Assembly: GCA_964106915.2 (NCBI GenBank) | Contig: OZ066919.1 | Direction: 5' to 3' (one strand) | DNA: 64,000 nt | DNA from: Podarcis gaigeae | Lineage: Eukaryota | Shown here: one piece after another, positions 23,396 through 36,602 of the stretch | Layout: the number at the start of each line of letters is the position of its first letter | Numbering within the stretch: the stretch's first letter is position 1 | The notes under the pieces: generated by a model | Databases searched by the model: none | Told to the model about the DNA's origin: nothing | The model's input: only the letters and a program-made list of their open reading frames with translations | Translations under genes and position numbers: made by a program

Positions 23396-24728
23396 CTAGA
23401 AGAAATGGTGAGTGTCAGTTGGTATTTATGCATTCATTGCTTATACCTCGGCAATCTTAGGGATGTCTATGTGACTGTACTCACCTAGTTATTTTCTCTG
23501 ACCTGCAAAATATGCCAGTGCTCTCCTGACAAGTCTCTGCCCACGACCTTCATCCGCCCAACTCCACCCCCCTTGGCCACCCAAAGGCAGGAGTGGAGGA
23601 ACAGCCTCATGTCTGGCTCAAAAGAATCTGAGTCGTTGAAAACATTTTCTTCAGTTTCAGGGCTCTTGCAAGTTCTTGAGAAAGAAAAATGTTCACAAGA
23701 CTCTGACCTGTCTAATAAAACCAGTGGAGACCTCTAGATCACCACTGACTTCAATAGTAATCTTGTTGCATGCCTGAAAGCATCTGCTGGGGAGGTGGAT
23801 AGCAGCAGCAAACAGTAGCTCATCAATCAAGATATTTGATTGATCTTTGATCTTTGTGGCAAGAGGGTCTTCAGCACTGGGTTGCTTTTTTGTTCTGCAC
23901 CAGTCTTTTTTTGGAGCTGCAGGATTTCCAGCCTAAGATCATACCACTGACAGCAGAAGCAGTGACCCATAATCTCAGGCTGCAAAAGGCAGGCAGGCAG
24001 CCCAGCCCAGGCTTGATGAAGAGAGACTGCCAAGGGGTGGAACCATAAGCAGAAGTCAGGGTGGGAGATCTGCTGGAGGTGGTCTGTGCCTCCTTCAATT
24101 CTCCTTGCAGGGGTGCCTGCATATCCGAGCATCTCAACTTAGAACGCTCACTCCATCACTATCCAAATATCTCACGTACCTGCAAAACCCTCCTATCCTT
24201 CATACAATGATAGAATCATAGAATTGTAGAGTTGGAAGGAACCATGAAGGGCCATCTAGTCCAAGCCCTGCAATGCAGGAATCTCAACTAGAGCTCCCAC
24301 CAAAATGTGCTTTTGGTCATTCCCACCAGAGATGGATCAAAGTACCGAGATTTTGACATCCTCTCCAAGGAAGGCGTGGTAAAGCACAATTAACATAGTT
24401 CTGGTATTCTTAAAAAGAGCATTAAACAAAATGGATGTTGATTTGATACATCAAGGCATTTCTTAAGCAAAAGTCCACATTCAAGACCACTTAACATAGA
24501 TTAGTTAAGCCTTCACTGCTGGGAGATCTCAAGTATGCAATCTTGCTTGTTAAATTTATGACCCATTGATGGACCCTGAAGATTCTAGGGAAAAGGGGGA
24601 AGGAAGGAGTATTGATCCCTCATGACTGAAGTCAGCACAGCTACTCTGTAAAAAAATAATTAATAAATAAATCCTTAAACCAAATGAATTTTTTAAAAAA
24701 TGCATTCTGAAGTAAGCAGTCTTTCTTT

Positions 24729-24747
24729 TGGCCACCAGAGGGCACTC
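24729..24747 (+). promoter_or_regulatory. CTCF-motif match
   Basis: TGGCCACCAGAGGGCACTC closely fits the CTCF core consensus; motif only, occupancy unknown. Confidence 0.55.
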
Positions 24748-25325
24748 AATTCTTTCTTTCCTTCTTTTTGTAGTTGAAGAAAGAGAAGATACAATGCATT
24801 GTGCATATAAAATGGTAGGTGAATCTACTGCTTTAGAAATGAATTGCCAACATCAGTGGTGTTGAAAAACCTGTCACACAATGTAAAAACTTCACACAGA
24901 AACAATATGCAAAGATCAGCATGGCACCTGAGCATCATGCAGAGTGAGCATGAATCACTACTGCAGTGTGACCGAATCTCAGGACTAAACCACAGCTCTC
25001 CAAACAGAAGACTGATGCAACCATTAGGCAGAGTAAGGAGGTCATCTCAGGTGTTGGGGGGTGAGGTGAGGTGCTGAAAGACAGAGCTATGTGCCCCAGG
25101 CACGGCCTCTCCTGTGCCCCCTAAGCTAGACTGTTGCTCACAGGTGGGGGGGGGGATGCTGTCTCCTTGCCAGTAATGAAGTACGATTCAACTGTAAGCC
25201 TGCCTGACTTCTGTATGTGGAATTGGGGGAGCAGCGGGCAGTTGGGCGGCAAAATGCCTTAGGTTGGCCCAGTCCACAGAGTGTGTCCTTTGACATTAAG
25301 GAAGAGGAAACTGATATATTAGACA

Positions 25326-25783
25326 CAGGGATAGATTTAGGTTTGATGAGGGCCTAAGCTACTGAAGGTAATGGGGCCCTTGATATGTCGTGCTGTCCTT
25401 TGTCAACAATAAATTGTCGCTGTTTTTGTGTTGAATATATGCTATATGGTAATTGATGGACCTAATAGGTATCTCAAGCCATTTGCACATAACAAAATAT
25501 GTATTTTATCAAAGTAATTGTTGTACTGAAATACAATTAAGAAGTAGTATATTAATAGTGAAATACAATTACGAAGAAGTATATTAATAACATTACTTAC
25601 ATCATAGGAGCCTACACAACACAAAACACTGTTGCTTAATTAGGTTTTATTTTATTTGTTTTTTATCTTATATTTTGGAAATGTACATCCAGGTTTTTTT
25701 CCTTAATTTTTTTTTTTTTGGTCCCCCAAGAGAGTGGGACCCTAAGCTATCGCTTGTTTAACTTATACGTAAATCTGGCACTG
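25326..25783. mobile_element. hAT non-autonomous element (458 bp)
   Basis: Termini CAGGGATAGATTTA...TAAATCTGGCACTG; perfect 8-bp TSD attagaca at 25318-25325 and 25784-25791. Confidence 0.88.
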
Positions 25784-27620
25784 ATTAGACAAAGCTCTTC
25801 CATAAGGATTCATGGATGTTAATCGGCTGCACTCATTGGTTGTGGGAGCCTTTTCATACATTTCATGGTAGCTGCTGTTCTTCTATTATAGGACAGGATA
25901 AGAAGGAAAGGAAGTCAATTTTTAAAAGTCAACAATTTGGGGCAAAATGCTAACTTGAAATTGGATTTTGGAAATTTCATCTGTGATCTGAATACAAGAA
26001 ATCATTTTGCAGCTAGACTGCCTTCTCCCAGTGCAGTGCTCAATCTCTAAGTGCTCAAAGATTACACAGCAAATGCATTTGTTTATATATGGGTGCGCAG
26101 GCTGCAAGTGCAGCAGATGACCATTTTGAAAAAGGCCCAAAGCACCCTTATAAATGATTCCTGGCAGGTGAAGCATTGGATGTGGCGCCTCTCCCTCTCT
26201 GACGCATTCCCCCCCAAGGCCACTGGGCTTGGCACTCTTGGCTGCCTGCTCCCGTTCCCCCACTTCCTTGCCAGGGCTAGATTGATGAACAGAATAAAGG
26301 TGCTTAGAATTATTTTCTTGAGCATGAATTCAAAGAGCTAAAGCAGCACACCGGAGCAGAGTCTTTGCCATTAATGAATGGTTGGAAACATGTGAAATGG
26401 CATTGGGAGGTTGGCATGGGTATTTTAAGGAGGAGTATCATACCACTTTAGTCGTGCAGTTGTAATTTGTTAATGGTGCTCAGAGCTGTTGGGAGACACC
26501 TAGTGTGCGAGGTACGGACATAATACGAAGCCAAACCGTGGTGCAGCCCCGGGTAGCACAGCAGCAGCAGTACAGGGGGAGGATGCTGAACAAAGCCAGT
26601 CACGATCTGCAGTCTGGGAACCTGTTCACTGGCTGGTTTGTGCTAGTCATGGATTGGATTGGCATTACGTCCAAACTGTTAATATGAGCTGGGTTTCCCC
26701 CAGTATGAAGCGTTCCTACAAAGTGTCCCAATTTGGCTGGAACAAGGTAATTTTGGGAACTGCCTCTCACAACTTTGCTAGTGCATGCCAAATAATAAAA
26801 TCCTAAGCACTGACATTTTGCGAGTGACAGTAAGAGCAGTCTAGCAAAAAATGTGTGTGCCCTTTAGCTACCAGCTACCCTTCCGCCGGGCTCTTTTTTG
26901 TCACTTAATTTTCTACTCTTTATCATCTGTACAGCTTCCTTACCTCTGGGTTCCCTGTACTTCAGCGTGCCCGGGCATTTTTTCCCAGTACTGAGAACTC
27001 CTTTGTGTAAACATCGTAATCCCAGCCACACCGGCAACTGTTCCTTCACTTACTAAAACTGCTTTCCAAACTGAACGTGTGGAACTCTGCTGGTTCAACC
27101 ACTCAGGATCAGAGGCTTCACTGCCACCATTGCAATACAATATAGCTGCCTTTATGCCAGCTGAATGCTTATAGGGAATACATATAGCAAAGCACTAAGG
27201 TTTCGGGGCTTGTTTGTTTGGCCAGTACTGAATATACTACAATTTCACCAGGCATTCCCAAGTGCTTTCAAACCCAAGGGCTAGAAACTTTCCTTCTTTA
27301 TTTTTAGTTCTTTCTTTTACAAGAAAGCTAAAATTCTCTGGATACTGAACTCTTATTTCTAATGAAACATTCTGTGTTTATGCAGTTATGTAACATTCCC
27401 TAGGAATCCATTCAATTTGCAGCAGTAGCAGCAGTGAAATTAAATTAGATATGTACATCAGACAAAAAACACCTCAACGTACTAATAATTTGTGATTAAA
27501 GTAAAAATGGAAAGCAAAGCAACGATACCTAAGCCTATATTTAAATCACATCCCCTCGCCTCTTCAGCCACCTGCCCGGGTTCCCCCAGCCGCCACGATC
27601 TTTCTTAGCAATCAACTCAC

Positions 27621-27699
27621 TTTCATTAGATCCCGGTGATGTTCCAGTACACTGCAGGTGGTCTGCCAAGTATCCTGATAACATTCCCAGGGGTCCACC
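27621..27699 (-). CDS. NMNAT2: NMNAT2 exon 4 ([26 protein letters not shown])
   Basis: Read by hand. Acceptor cactgtag|G and donor AAA|gtgagt; 79 bp. Confidence 0.96.
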
Positions 27700-28502
27700 C
27701 TACAGTGAGGAAAAGGAAAAGAAAGTCTGCCTTGACAATCACGAATCATGATAATTGGTTATTTTAATTTAATATACCACAGTGCACATATATAAACTGC
27801 TTGTCCGTTTGCAAATATTCATTTATTATAGTTGGACCGAGAGATTTCTGCTGGTCTTCCACCCAGATTACTGATCAGGTCCACACTCGGGCAGCTTCGG
27901 GAGTTTCTGAAATGCCTGGCCACTTCTGCAAGGCTCCACGGTGGTTAAAATGCTTCTTATTCATCTGATGCACACACAGCAGTACTAATTTTAAAAACCT
28001 TATCAGGGGAGACAGGGATATATCAATCAGCTGTATTGTTGTCTCTACACTCCAATTTATTGCTGATTATTAAATACAGCATAAATTTCAGGTGTCATCT
28101 CTACTCCCGTCAAGTAATTAATCAGAGGGTGACAGTCCCAGGAGTTTTAGAAGGAATCTATGCCTTGATTTGGCCTTTACTGCCCTGGCTTTCAAATTCC
28201 TTACCTTTCACTTTTGTGAAATATATATATTTCCCAGTTACTTAGACATGCAGCATTCAACCCTTCCAGGTTCAGGGTGATTAGCCTTTAACCCCATCCT
28301 TTAAATACAATTCCCATCAGTCTCAGACAGCACAGCCAATGATCATCTGGGCCAAAATATCTGGAGGTCACCAGTTTAGGGAAGGCTGATCTCTCCTGCT
28401 ATAGGAACCTTTTCTCTTTCTCCTTTCACTGAAATAATTATATGAATGTAATTAAATCATGTTCATTTCCAACTTGCTCAAACAAGGGGTTCATTTTTAT
28501 AT

Positions 28503-29480
28503 TGTATGAGTTTGTGGGTGCCAGACTTCCTTAAATTCCTGGTTCCAGTAGATGTTAGACTGGATGACAGACCTGCGTTTATTATGCCAACGTGAATTAA
28601 GACAGACCCGTGTTTATTAAGCTGTGTGCTAAACACTTCTAACCCTTTAATTAAGGCAAGTGTTAAAAGCTATTTAAGCCAGGCTAACTTCCTGGTACCG
28701 GGACATGGGTAGCGCTGTGGTCTAAACCACTGAGCCTCTTGGGCTTGCCGATGAGAAGGTTGGCAGTTCAAATCCCCACAACAGGGTGAACTCCCATTGC
28801 TCTGTCCCTGCTTCTGCCAACCTAGCAGTTTGAAAGCACGTCATAGTGCATGGAGATAAATAGGTACCGCTCCGGCGGGAAGGTAAACGGCGTTTCCGTG
28901 TGCTGCTCTGGTTCGCCAGAAGCGGCTTAGTCATGCTGGCCACATGACCGGGAAGCTGTACGCCTGCTCCCTTGGCCAATAAAGCGAGATGAGCGCCGGA
29001 ACCCCAGAGTCGGCCACTCTGGTTGGGTGGTCAGGGGTCCCTTTACCTTCCTGGTGAGGTGATAGGCCATTAAGAAGAACAAAGGATCAAGGGACTCCTC
29101 CTGAGATGGCAAATGGATGGGGCAGCTCCCTCCCTCAACAGATAAAGCCAGAGATTTGAGAGATTAGAGTGAGAGTTGCTGAGATGCAAACTAGAGAGAA
29201 AGAGTTATGTGACCTGAAGATGCAAAGCAGCAGGCAGAGCACTCTCTGCTTGGATCTCAGCTTAGATCCCAGGTGTAGCCTATGGAGGAAGCAAGACCTT
29301 CTTGGAGTGTTGATACTAGGAACCCCTGCATCGTAGGCTCGGGTTGTATGTATGTGTGTAAATAAATCATGTATCATAAAGACACCACAATCCCTGCTGT
29401 GCCACATTTTCCAAAAGGAAACACGAACCCTGGGGACTGTGGAATCTTGGACTGCTCAGAGATTGGGATGGCGTGCAACA
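28503..29480 (+). mobile_element. Solo LTR interrupted by a Sauria SINE
   Basis: TG...CA ends; 4-bp TSD atat; AATAAA at 29361; homologous to 42935-43450. Confidence 0.8.
28697..29046 (+). mobile_element. Full-length Sauria SINE nested in the LTR
   Basis: 9-bp TSD cttcctggt at 28688-28696 and 29047-29055; tRNA-like head (tagcgctgtgg, gttcaaatcc). Confidence 0.92.
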
Positions 29481-30365
29481 ATATATTAATGTTTGCTAGT
29501 GTATATTTATGTGGATCTATCCTTCTTTTCTCTCCCTCTGACAGAAAAAGGACTTTCAGTGGTCAAATCCTGTAAAAATAAAAAATGCAACACGAATGGT
29601 ATCTATTTATCTCATGATTTTTAAATTCATGAAAAATGAGTTATCTGCAAAATATTGAGAATGTTCTTAATGAAAACAAAATGCAGGCTTAAAAATAATT
29701 AATTGCAGCAAAAAAAGGACTACTGGATTCCCAGCAATTAATATCATTAATTACATAGAACTCTTTTGTGCAAGTGTCCCATTCAGCTAATTGCAGCTCA
29801 GAGATGACTTGGGGCTTGTAGCTGCAGTTCTGCCCATCACCAGGCCAGGCTCATTAGCCAATGGGGCAATAAAATGCTTCCCGTGGGTGCACTGCATTCC
29901 AGAAAGGCAGCTCCTCAGTGGATGAGCAAACCTGACAGCAAGCCGGAACGCAGAAGGACTCTGCACAGGACTGTTCTGCTAACAGGCTACTTGGCAAGAG
30001 TAATATCTGTCAACCAAAGCCAGCTTCTTACAGAATGAAATAGCAAGGCACAAAGAATACTCTAAAACTGGGTTCAGCGACTGGAAGCCCTTGGCCCAAA
30101 CTAGACCACCAGAGAGATGCTACATGTTCCCACCTCTGGGAGGAGCCAACTGAACTCAGAGGCAAAAGAGAAGAATGGAGAGGGAATGACAGGAGGGACA
30201 TCATGTCTTCCTGGCTGACTATGTTGGGTTACACCTGTGAAAGGTAAGAAAAGGGATGGCACTGGGGTATTTGCCATAGAAGAAAAGGCTAAAGCAGGTG
30301 GGGATTTATAGTCTGGGGTGGGGGAACTGCAAAGTGGGGACATGGCAAAAGTTTATGCAACTGAA

Positions 30366-30865
30366 TGATTTATGAGAGATTATGATTTGGATTTCTCTCT
30401 GATAAGGACCCAGGATCACCCAATGAAATTCACTTGCACCAACAATGCCAATGACTTCACGCAATCAAGACTGACTGACAGAATTCATGACCAAATAAAA
30501 GTGCTGATGCCCACTATCTTAGATGGAAACCAAAATGTCAATATTCTATTTTGCATCCTCTTTTTATATGGTACTACACTCACGTCTTTCCAAAATCTTT
30601 CCATAAATGCCACACCAAAGGCATAGCAGTCATGGGATAAGCAGACAGACATATCCTCTTATGGGTCAGTAACTGGCTAAAGCAAGGAGGTGAGAATAGG
30701 AGAATGGTCAGTTCTCCCACTGGAGGGGTGTAAGAAGGGGGTTCCCCCAAGGAGAAGCACTGAGACGTGTGCTGCTTAACTTGTTCTTAAAAGATCTGGA
30801 ATTAGGAGCAAACAGTGGGTTGGCCAAGTATGTGGACGTCACTAAATGGTTCAGGATGGTAAAGG
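30366..30865 (+). mobile_element. Old degraded CR1 reverse-transcriptase fragment
   Basis: Decayed GVPQG..L..VLLNLFLKDLELGANSGLAKYVDVTK, corresponding to CR1 RT GVPQGSVLGPVLFN...KFADDTK. Confidence 0.75.
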
Positions 30866-31971
30866 TTCATTGGCCCCTGGAGGGTCGCAAGTTAGCCACC
30901 CCCTGCCCTCACCTTTTATTTTATATTTCCCTGTGCCTCTCAAAGTACATTTACTCATCTCCTGTAACTGCTTCTCCCGCTCCTTTCACAATTATGGTAG
31001 CTCGTATCCTATTCTCTTGCAAATCCCGTATTTCTTTCATTCTTCCAACCTGTTCATTTTACATTTTCTTCTTCCTCCAACAACAGCCTTCCTCTCTTAT
31101 ACCCTCCCTTCCCAATACCAAATATGTATTTATTGTAACCCCTGGTTTGAAGCAGGAGAGAAATTGTAATGAGGAGGAGGCAACATTACAGGAGGAGAGT
31201 TTAACCCTTTCCTCCTATATCATCTCCATGAAACTCAATCCTACCCCCAAACCTGCTGTTTGTCCCACAGTGGAAAACATACGGGCACAAGCATCTCATT
31301 TAGCTTGATCCTAAAAGGCAGTTGCAGCAGCCCCCTAAAGTGGCAAAACGCCAGTTCCAGCCCCACTCTAACTGAAACCCAGGATGTTTCCTCACTGACA
31401 TATCTCAGGGCCTGGGCTTCTTCAGGATGTGGGAGAACATTGCAAAATAATGTCAAAATTCCTAAGATCCTCTACATCCAGCTCAGATTGGAAAGGAAGG
31501 AAGGCATCAAAATCTCATAGGCTGAGCCAGCAGCATAAAGGTCCTAATTGAAAACTTAATGAGCTACTAAACTGGGCTGTTTCTCAAACATTTTCTTAGC
31601 AGCTGAACTCTCTTTTCTTATACTCTCCACCTGAGGTTTTCAGAGTTGTGAACTTGCTAATTAAGACACTCTCACTAATAATACTGTAAGGATTCATTCA
31701 TGCAGAGTAGGCTATCAGAGTAGGTAACAGAAGGGCTGGAAAAGAGGTTAGCCCAGGTTAACTCACCCCAGATGAGGTACTGGGGCACTTTCATTACTGC
31801 ATAATAAAGCAACTGGGTTAGGTTTGCAGAAATTGCAACTAAACAAGCCAAACTCTGCTACTGACCAGTCATAGATCACAGACTGCCAAGGACTCAATAG
31901 ATGTCCTAGCTTTGCTACCTACCAAGAACGGCAACACAGGAGATGGGGATGCAAAGCACCGAGCAGGTCAT

Positions 31972-32217
31972 TGTTATGTACTGAAGTTCTCACCCTGGGC
32001 CAGCAGGGGGATACTGTAGATAGTTATGAAATGAAGGATCGAAAGTGACGTTCAGTGATTGGATAGTTTTAGAAAGTTGCAACAGTTACGCTGTTCTGGA
32101 GCCCTATATAAGCAGGCTGACTGAGCTCTTCAGTTCAGTTCTGTTCTGGCCTCAGAATAAACAAGAGCTGTTTGAAGAATCGCTGTGTCGTCTGATATGT
32201 TCGCCCACAACTTAACA
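31972..32217 (+). mobile_element. Intact solo LTR (246 bp; Gypsy/BEL-like)
   Basis: TGTTA...TAACA ends; 5-bp TSD gtcat at 31967-31971 and 32218-32222; TATATAA at 32105; AATAAA at 32156. Confidence 0.9.
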
Positions 32218-32309
32218 GTCATGGTGGTGAGGAGCACTGGATGAGCCACGAGGTGGGAAATGCAGCACTAGATTGTCTTAACAATGTAAAATTAAAGAAG
32301 AGTGAAATA

Positions 32310-32504
32310 CAGTGGTACCTCGGGTTACAGACCCTTCAGGTTACAGACTCCGCTAACCCAGAAATAGTACCTCGGGTTAAGAACTTTGCTTCAGGATGAG
32401 AACAGAAATTGTGTAGTATCGGTGCGGTGGCAGCGGGAGGCCCCATTAGCTAAAGTGGAACGGACCTCCGGAACAAATTAATTTCTTAACCCAAGGTACC
32501 ACTG
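32310..32504. mobile_element. Tigger/pogo-like MITE
   Basis: TA|cagtggtacctcgggtta...taacccaaggtaccactg|TA. Confidence 0.88.
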
Positions 32505-33185
32505 TATAAAGAAAGCACTTAATTATCTGTAAATGCTCCTGAAGGAACTGGACTACCCCAGGGAAATTTGGTCCTTACTGGCTTAGATAGTGCAGGGATG
32601 AAAAACCTGCCTGGAAGTTGCAAGACTGCGAATCTTGTCCTCCCTCAGCACTGCCCACGCTTGCCAGAGCTTCTGGGAGTTTGAATCCAGCAGCATTTAC
32701 AAGGCCATAGCTTGCCCACCACGGAGCTAGTGGTTCAACATTTAGTGGGCTTAATCTGAATTGACCTTTACTAGATGGGCTGCTCCAGTTCCTGGAGAGC
32801 TTAGAGGTGAGTGGTTCCCAAAAGCATTTCACCACAAACCACTTGAGAATCTTTGGGGGTCTCGATGGACCACTTAATGGTTTTTCTGCCTGCTGCGCAA
32901 TTGTCGTGTGCTGTGCCAGATGTTGTATGATTCTTAATTGTATTCCCCCCTCTTTTTATATATTGTATTTTATTGCATCACAACTTGAATTATATAGAAT
33001 TTAGAATAAAATAAAATTAAATAAATATAAGCACTAAAAATATAGAATAAAATAAATAAAAGCACTAAAAATGCAATTAAAATATCAACATAGAAATTAA
33101 ATACAGTGGATGTGCTATCTCCCTTCAGCCACAAATCTACAGACATGCTGCAGACCACCTGCATTAAACTCAGGTTCCACTGTAC

Positions 33186-33610
33186 TGGCAATAAATTGGA
33201 AAGGAGGTACTATCCCACAAAAGAAGATTGGCTAAATTATGTGATTATATAGAACTGGGAAAGTTAACAGCTGCCATAAGACACCAGACAAATCAGAAAC
33301 TAAGGAGTGAATGGCAATGTTTTGAAGACTATATGAAAAAACACTGGTCTAAAGATAACATGCTAATATGCATAGATTAAGTATGTAAAGCTGAAATAGA
33401 TAGACTTAATATTTTAGGAATATCAGGGGTAAGATATGAAAGAGTCAATATTAAAAAGACTGTAAAAAATAAAGAATGTTGATCTCTGGGGGAGGGAAGC
33501 CACAGGGGGAATTTGTATATATGTTTTTGTTTCTTCTTCTGTTATTATTTTATCTTTTATGTTAATTTTTACTTTTGTGTGTATGTTTTTAGGCAAGAAA
33601 ATAAAAAAAT
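33186..33610 (+). mobile_element. L1 3' fragment (ORF2 C-terminal remnant plus 3' UTR)
   Basis: Decayed WK..P..EDW / ELGKLTAAIR / EWQCFEDY pattern of an L1 ORF2 tail; ends in aaataaaaaaa. Confidence 0.6.
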
Positions 33611-35180
33611 GAGTGGCAATTGTGTTTTCCATACAAGCTAATAAGTGTTTGCCAACAGCTACAGATGCTTAGTCTCCCCTGCTGGCCTTGATGTAGGAAC
33701 ATGGATCTGAATGTATATCTTCATATTCTATTTGATCCTTATAAATCTGTGGTCTCTTGCTCTGGCCATCCCAAGTCTAACCTAAAGCCAAAAGTTTTTG
33801 ATTTGCCTGCCAGAAAATGCTTGCAGAATGGTGAATTGAGATCATCTGTTACACAAAGATTTACTCTCTGGGTAAATCTATTAATGAGAAAACTGCCTGC
33901 TAAAGAGTTACTGTAGTTCTAGCTGTTCTTTAAGGTGTTATTTTACTGAAAACCTTTATATCCCTTTTCCTAAAGAGCTCAAAGCAGCTGAGAAAGGAAT
34001 ATACAAATACAACAATAATACAAATGGCAAATGTTAAAACAGGAGAATACCAGCAGATAAAACAATTTAGAACATTGGTGAAAAGCAACCAAGCAGATCT
34101 CAATGTAGGCAGGAAGAACAGAAGGATTCCTAAAACGAAAGGTCTTTACACTTCAGCAGAAGACCTGCCAAGGAAGAAGTGAGGCAGACCTCTCTAGGCT
34201 GCAAGTTCCAGAACTTGGGTGCTGCCACCACTGGGAAAATGACCTCTCTGTTGCCCCTACTGAGGCACGAATTTAAGGGGTGGGCAGAAGGGCTTCTGTT
34301 AATTATCATAATACTCAGGCAGGCTTACGTTGCCACTTTCCTTAGCTCATGTACAAATCAAACATATATTTGAGAAAAGGTAACATGAAACCTGAAGGTT
34401 CTTCTAAGACAAATATTTCAGGTAGTTAAGGAATTCAGTACTCTTTCATTACATCCTCAAGTTAGGGCTCATCGACCCTTACCTTTTGCCCTGGTGCTAT
34501 CCCCATGAAAACCTGCTCTTTAACACTGCATTGGAACAAACAGAAATTCAGGTTTGAAGCATGGTCCTGTGCCTAGAAACACAGCACTAAAGGAAGTCTG
34601 GATGAGCCCTTAATATGTCAAGCCTTGTTTACAGAGCAAGCCTATGCATGGTTTTTCAGAAGTAAGCCCCACTATGTTCAGTGAGGATTTCTCCCTAATA
34701 ACTGTGTTCAGGGCAGTTGCCTCTCACTCCTGGTTGAAGAAGATGTAAAAAAACATTTCCTGTACTCTGAAAGGATGGGTCCAATTAGCTTCACAGTTAC
34801 TTCTGAACACCAATGAGGCTTGCTCAGTACATTGCTGAGAAACGTCTTTCCTGCATGTTTGTGTGTATAATTTTAAATTGTGGTGTAAAAGCTGATTCAC
34901 ATGCTCTAATGAATTATAAGCTCAGGCCAGAAACTTAGTGATGGTGACATGGGCACTGCCTCTTGCACAGTATACTTCTCTGAATAAAGTTGACCCCTCA
35001 TTGTTAGTTGCATCTGAAGTCGCTGCTTGCATGCCTGTCTGCATGTTTCTGCTTCCATTAGGAGGAAATGTAGTGCTAAGTCAGAAAGACCTGGATGTTA
35101 GATCATGGAGGGAACATGTTCCTGTGCTCCAACCACTCAGACATTGCAGATAGCATGCTTTATGCGGTACCCTATCATAC

Positions 35181-35248
35181 CTTATCCAGTCAGAGGACTG
35201 AACAGCCAGCTGGCACATTGTCAGGCGATGTCGGCTGGAGACCAGACC
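35181..35248 (-). CDS. NMNAT2: NMNAT2 exon 3 ([23 protein letters not shown])
   Basis: Acceptor tttacag|GGT and donor AAG|gtatga; 68 bp. Confidence 0.96.
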
Positions 35249-35472
35249 CTGTAAAGAACATAAGGTTGTCAGCAGAAGAAATGGAGGAGATTCCACAGCA
35301 CTAGACTTGGGCCTGGAAGCCATTGCAGCGTTAATGGGTAAGAGTTGGAATGGGGAAACCTGGATTAGCCATTAAGTCCCCATTAGTCATAATTGGTCAC
35401 CAATTCATAGGCAGACCTACTTCACAGAATTATTCCACACAAACAGCTCCTAGATCTTCTGTAGGGTATTAC

Positions 35473-35988
35473 TTTGGTGGTATCTGTCTGTCTTGAGAGA
35501 CAATGGAGTGCACCTCCAAGGGTGAAGTCAAACTGCTGGAAAATCACAGTGCCTGCTGTGGCCAGAGACTGGCAACTTAAAGCTGCTGCCTCCTGCGTTT
35601 TTGCCTCCTCACCAGGGCGCAAGTCTGGGCTTTGTGTATGGAGGTCCTGGACTGCCCAGCCAACAAGACCCGTCCCCCACTCAGACTCGCTGATGTGGTC
35701 CAAAGGAAACCAGAGCAATACAGAGCAGAGCCTGGCTGCAGGAATTGCTTGAAGGAGGTGTACAGGACACCATCCAACCATCTTAGAGACTCCACTCTGG
35801 ATTTGTGTAGGGGCTACACCTTAGCCTTTTCTTCTCCTGAAGATGTTCCTCAAGGCAGCAGGTACAGATTTTTCCTCAGGGTTTACTCTGAAAGACTTTC
35901 TCATGAATGAGTATAGGCACAGAGGTTTAGGATCAGAGTTTTCCTTCTCCTAGATGGGCTACCTTCCCAGGTTGACGAGCCCCATCTG
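35473..35988 (-). mobile_element. Non-autonomous bipartite RTE-clade element (5' UTR joined to 3' end)
   Basis: Minus strand begins cagatggggctcgtcaacctgggaaggtagcccatctaggagaaggaaaactctg and ends ctccattgtctctcaagacagacagat; related copy at 62410-62817. Confidence 0.65.
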
Positions 35989-36602
35989 TAGCTACATTTA
36001 AATTTAGCAATGAACTATATCTCAAAAATATGAAGTTGCCTTATACTGAGTCACTACTTATACATTTTCCTATGGTGTAGCTAGGGCTACTGCAGGGTGT
36101 TTGTATGAATCCTGCATACTAATATGGTAGTGTGCCAAATTCTGCTTTAAAGGATGGCCATAAAACAAACAAAAATGCACATGAGCAATTGATAACAGGA
36201 TTATCTGGTCCATAAAGCTGCCGCCTTCACTCTGTCTCACTCTAGAGGGTTCTAGAATCAGCTGTGATCGGCTCTTTCCCACTCTGTTCATAGCCTTATC
36301 ACAACATCACTTCTGCACAAGGACAGCCCTATTTTACCTCACAGGGAATCTGTACCTTTAACAGCCTCATGACAGGCCGATGTTCAGCAGGTACAGCATT
36401 TCACAGCTGCATCTCCGTGACAAAAAGTGTTGCACCTCTTGAGAATTTCTGCATGTTTTACCACCATTGTAAAAGGAAAAAAGTGGCACCTATTCAGCTA
36501 GAAACCTTAGGAACTGCTTCTGGGTGCCACTCGCATTCATCATGAATGGATATTATATTGGCAGCATCACAAACATTGGAAAGAATAAAAGGGCTGACCC
36601 AC

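Noticed and set aside
26083-26325. ORF with a signal-peptide-like start (MLKKIILSTFILFINLALA)
   Set aside because: No family resemblance and no promoter or poly(A) support; AT-rich DNA readily yields hydrophobic runs.
26944-27052. Possible poison exon in NMNAT2 intron 4 (donor GAG|gtaagg; begins with in-frame TAA)
   Set aside because: The acceptor lacks a polypyrimidine tract.
28697-28780. tRNA gene
   Set aside because: The A and B boxes belong to the tRNA-derived head of a Sauria SINE; no cloverleaf.
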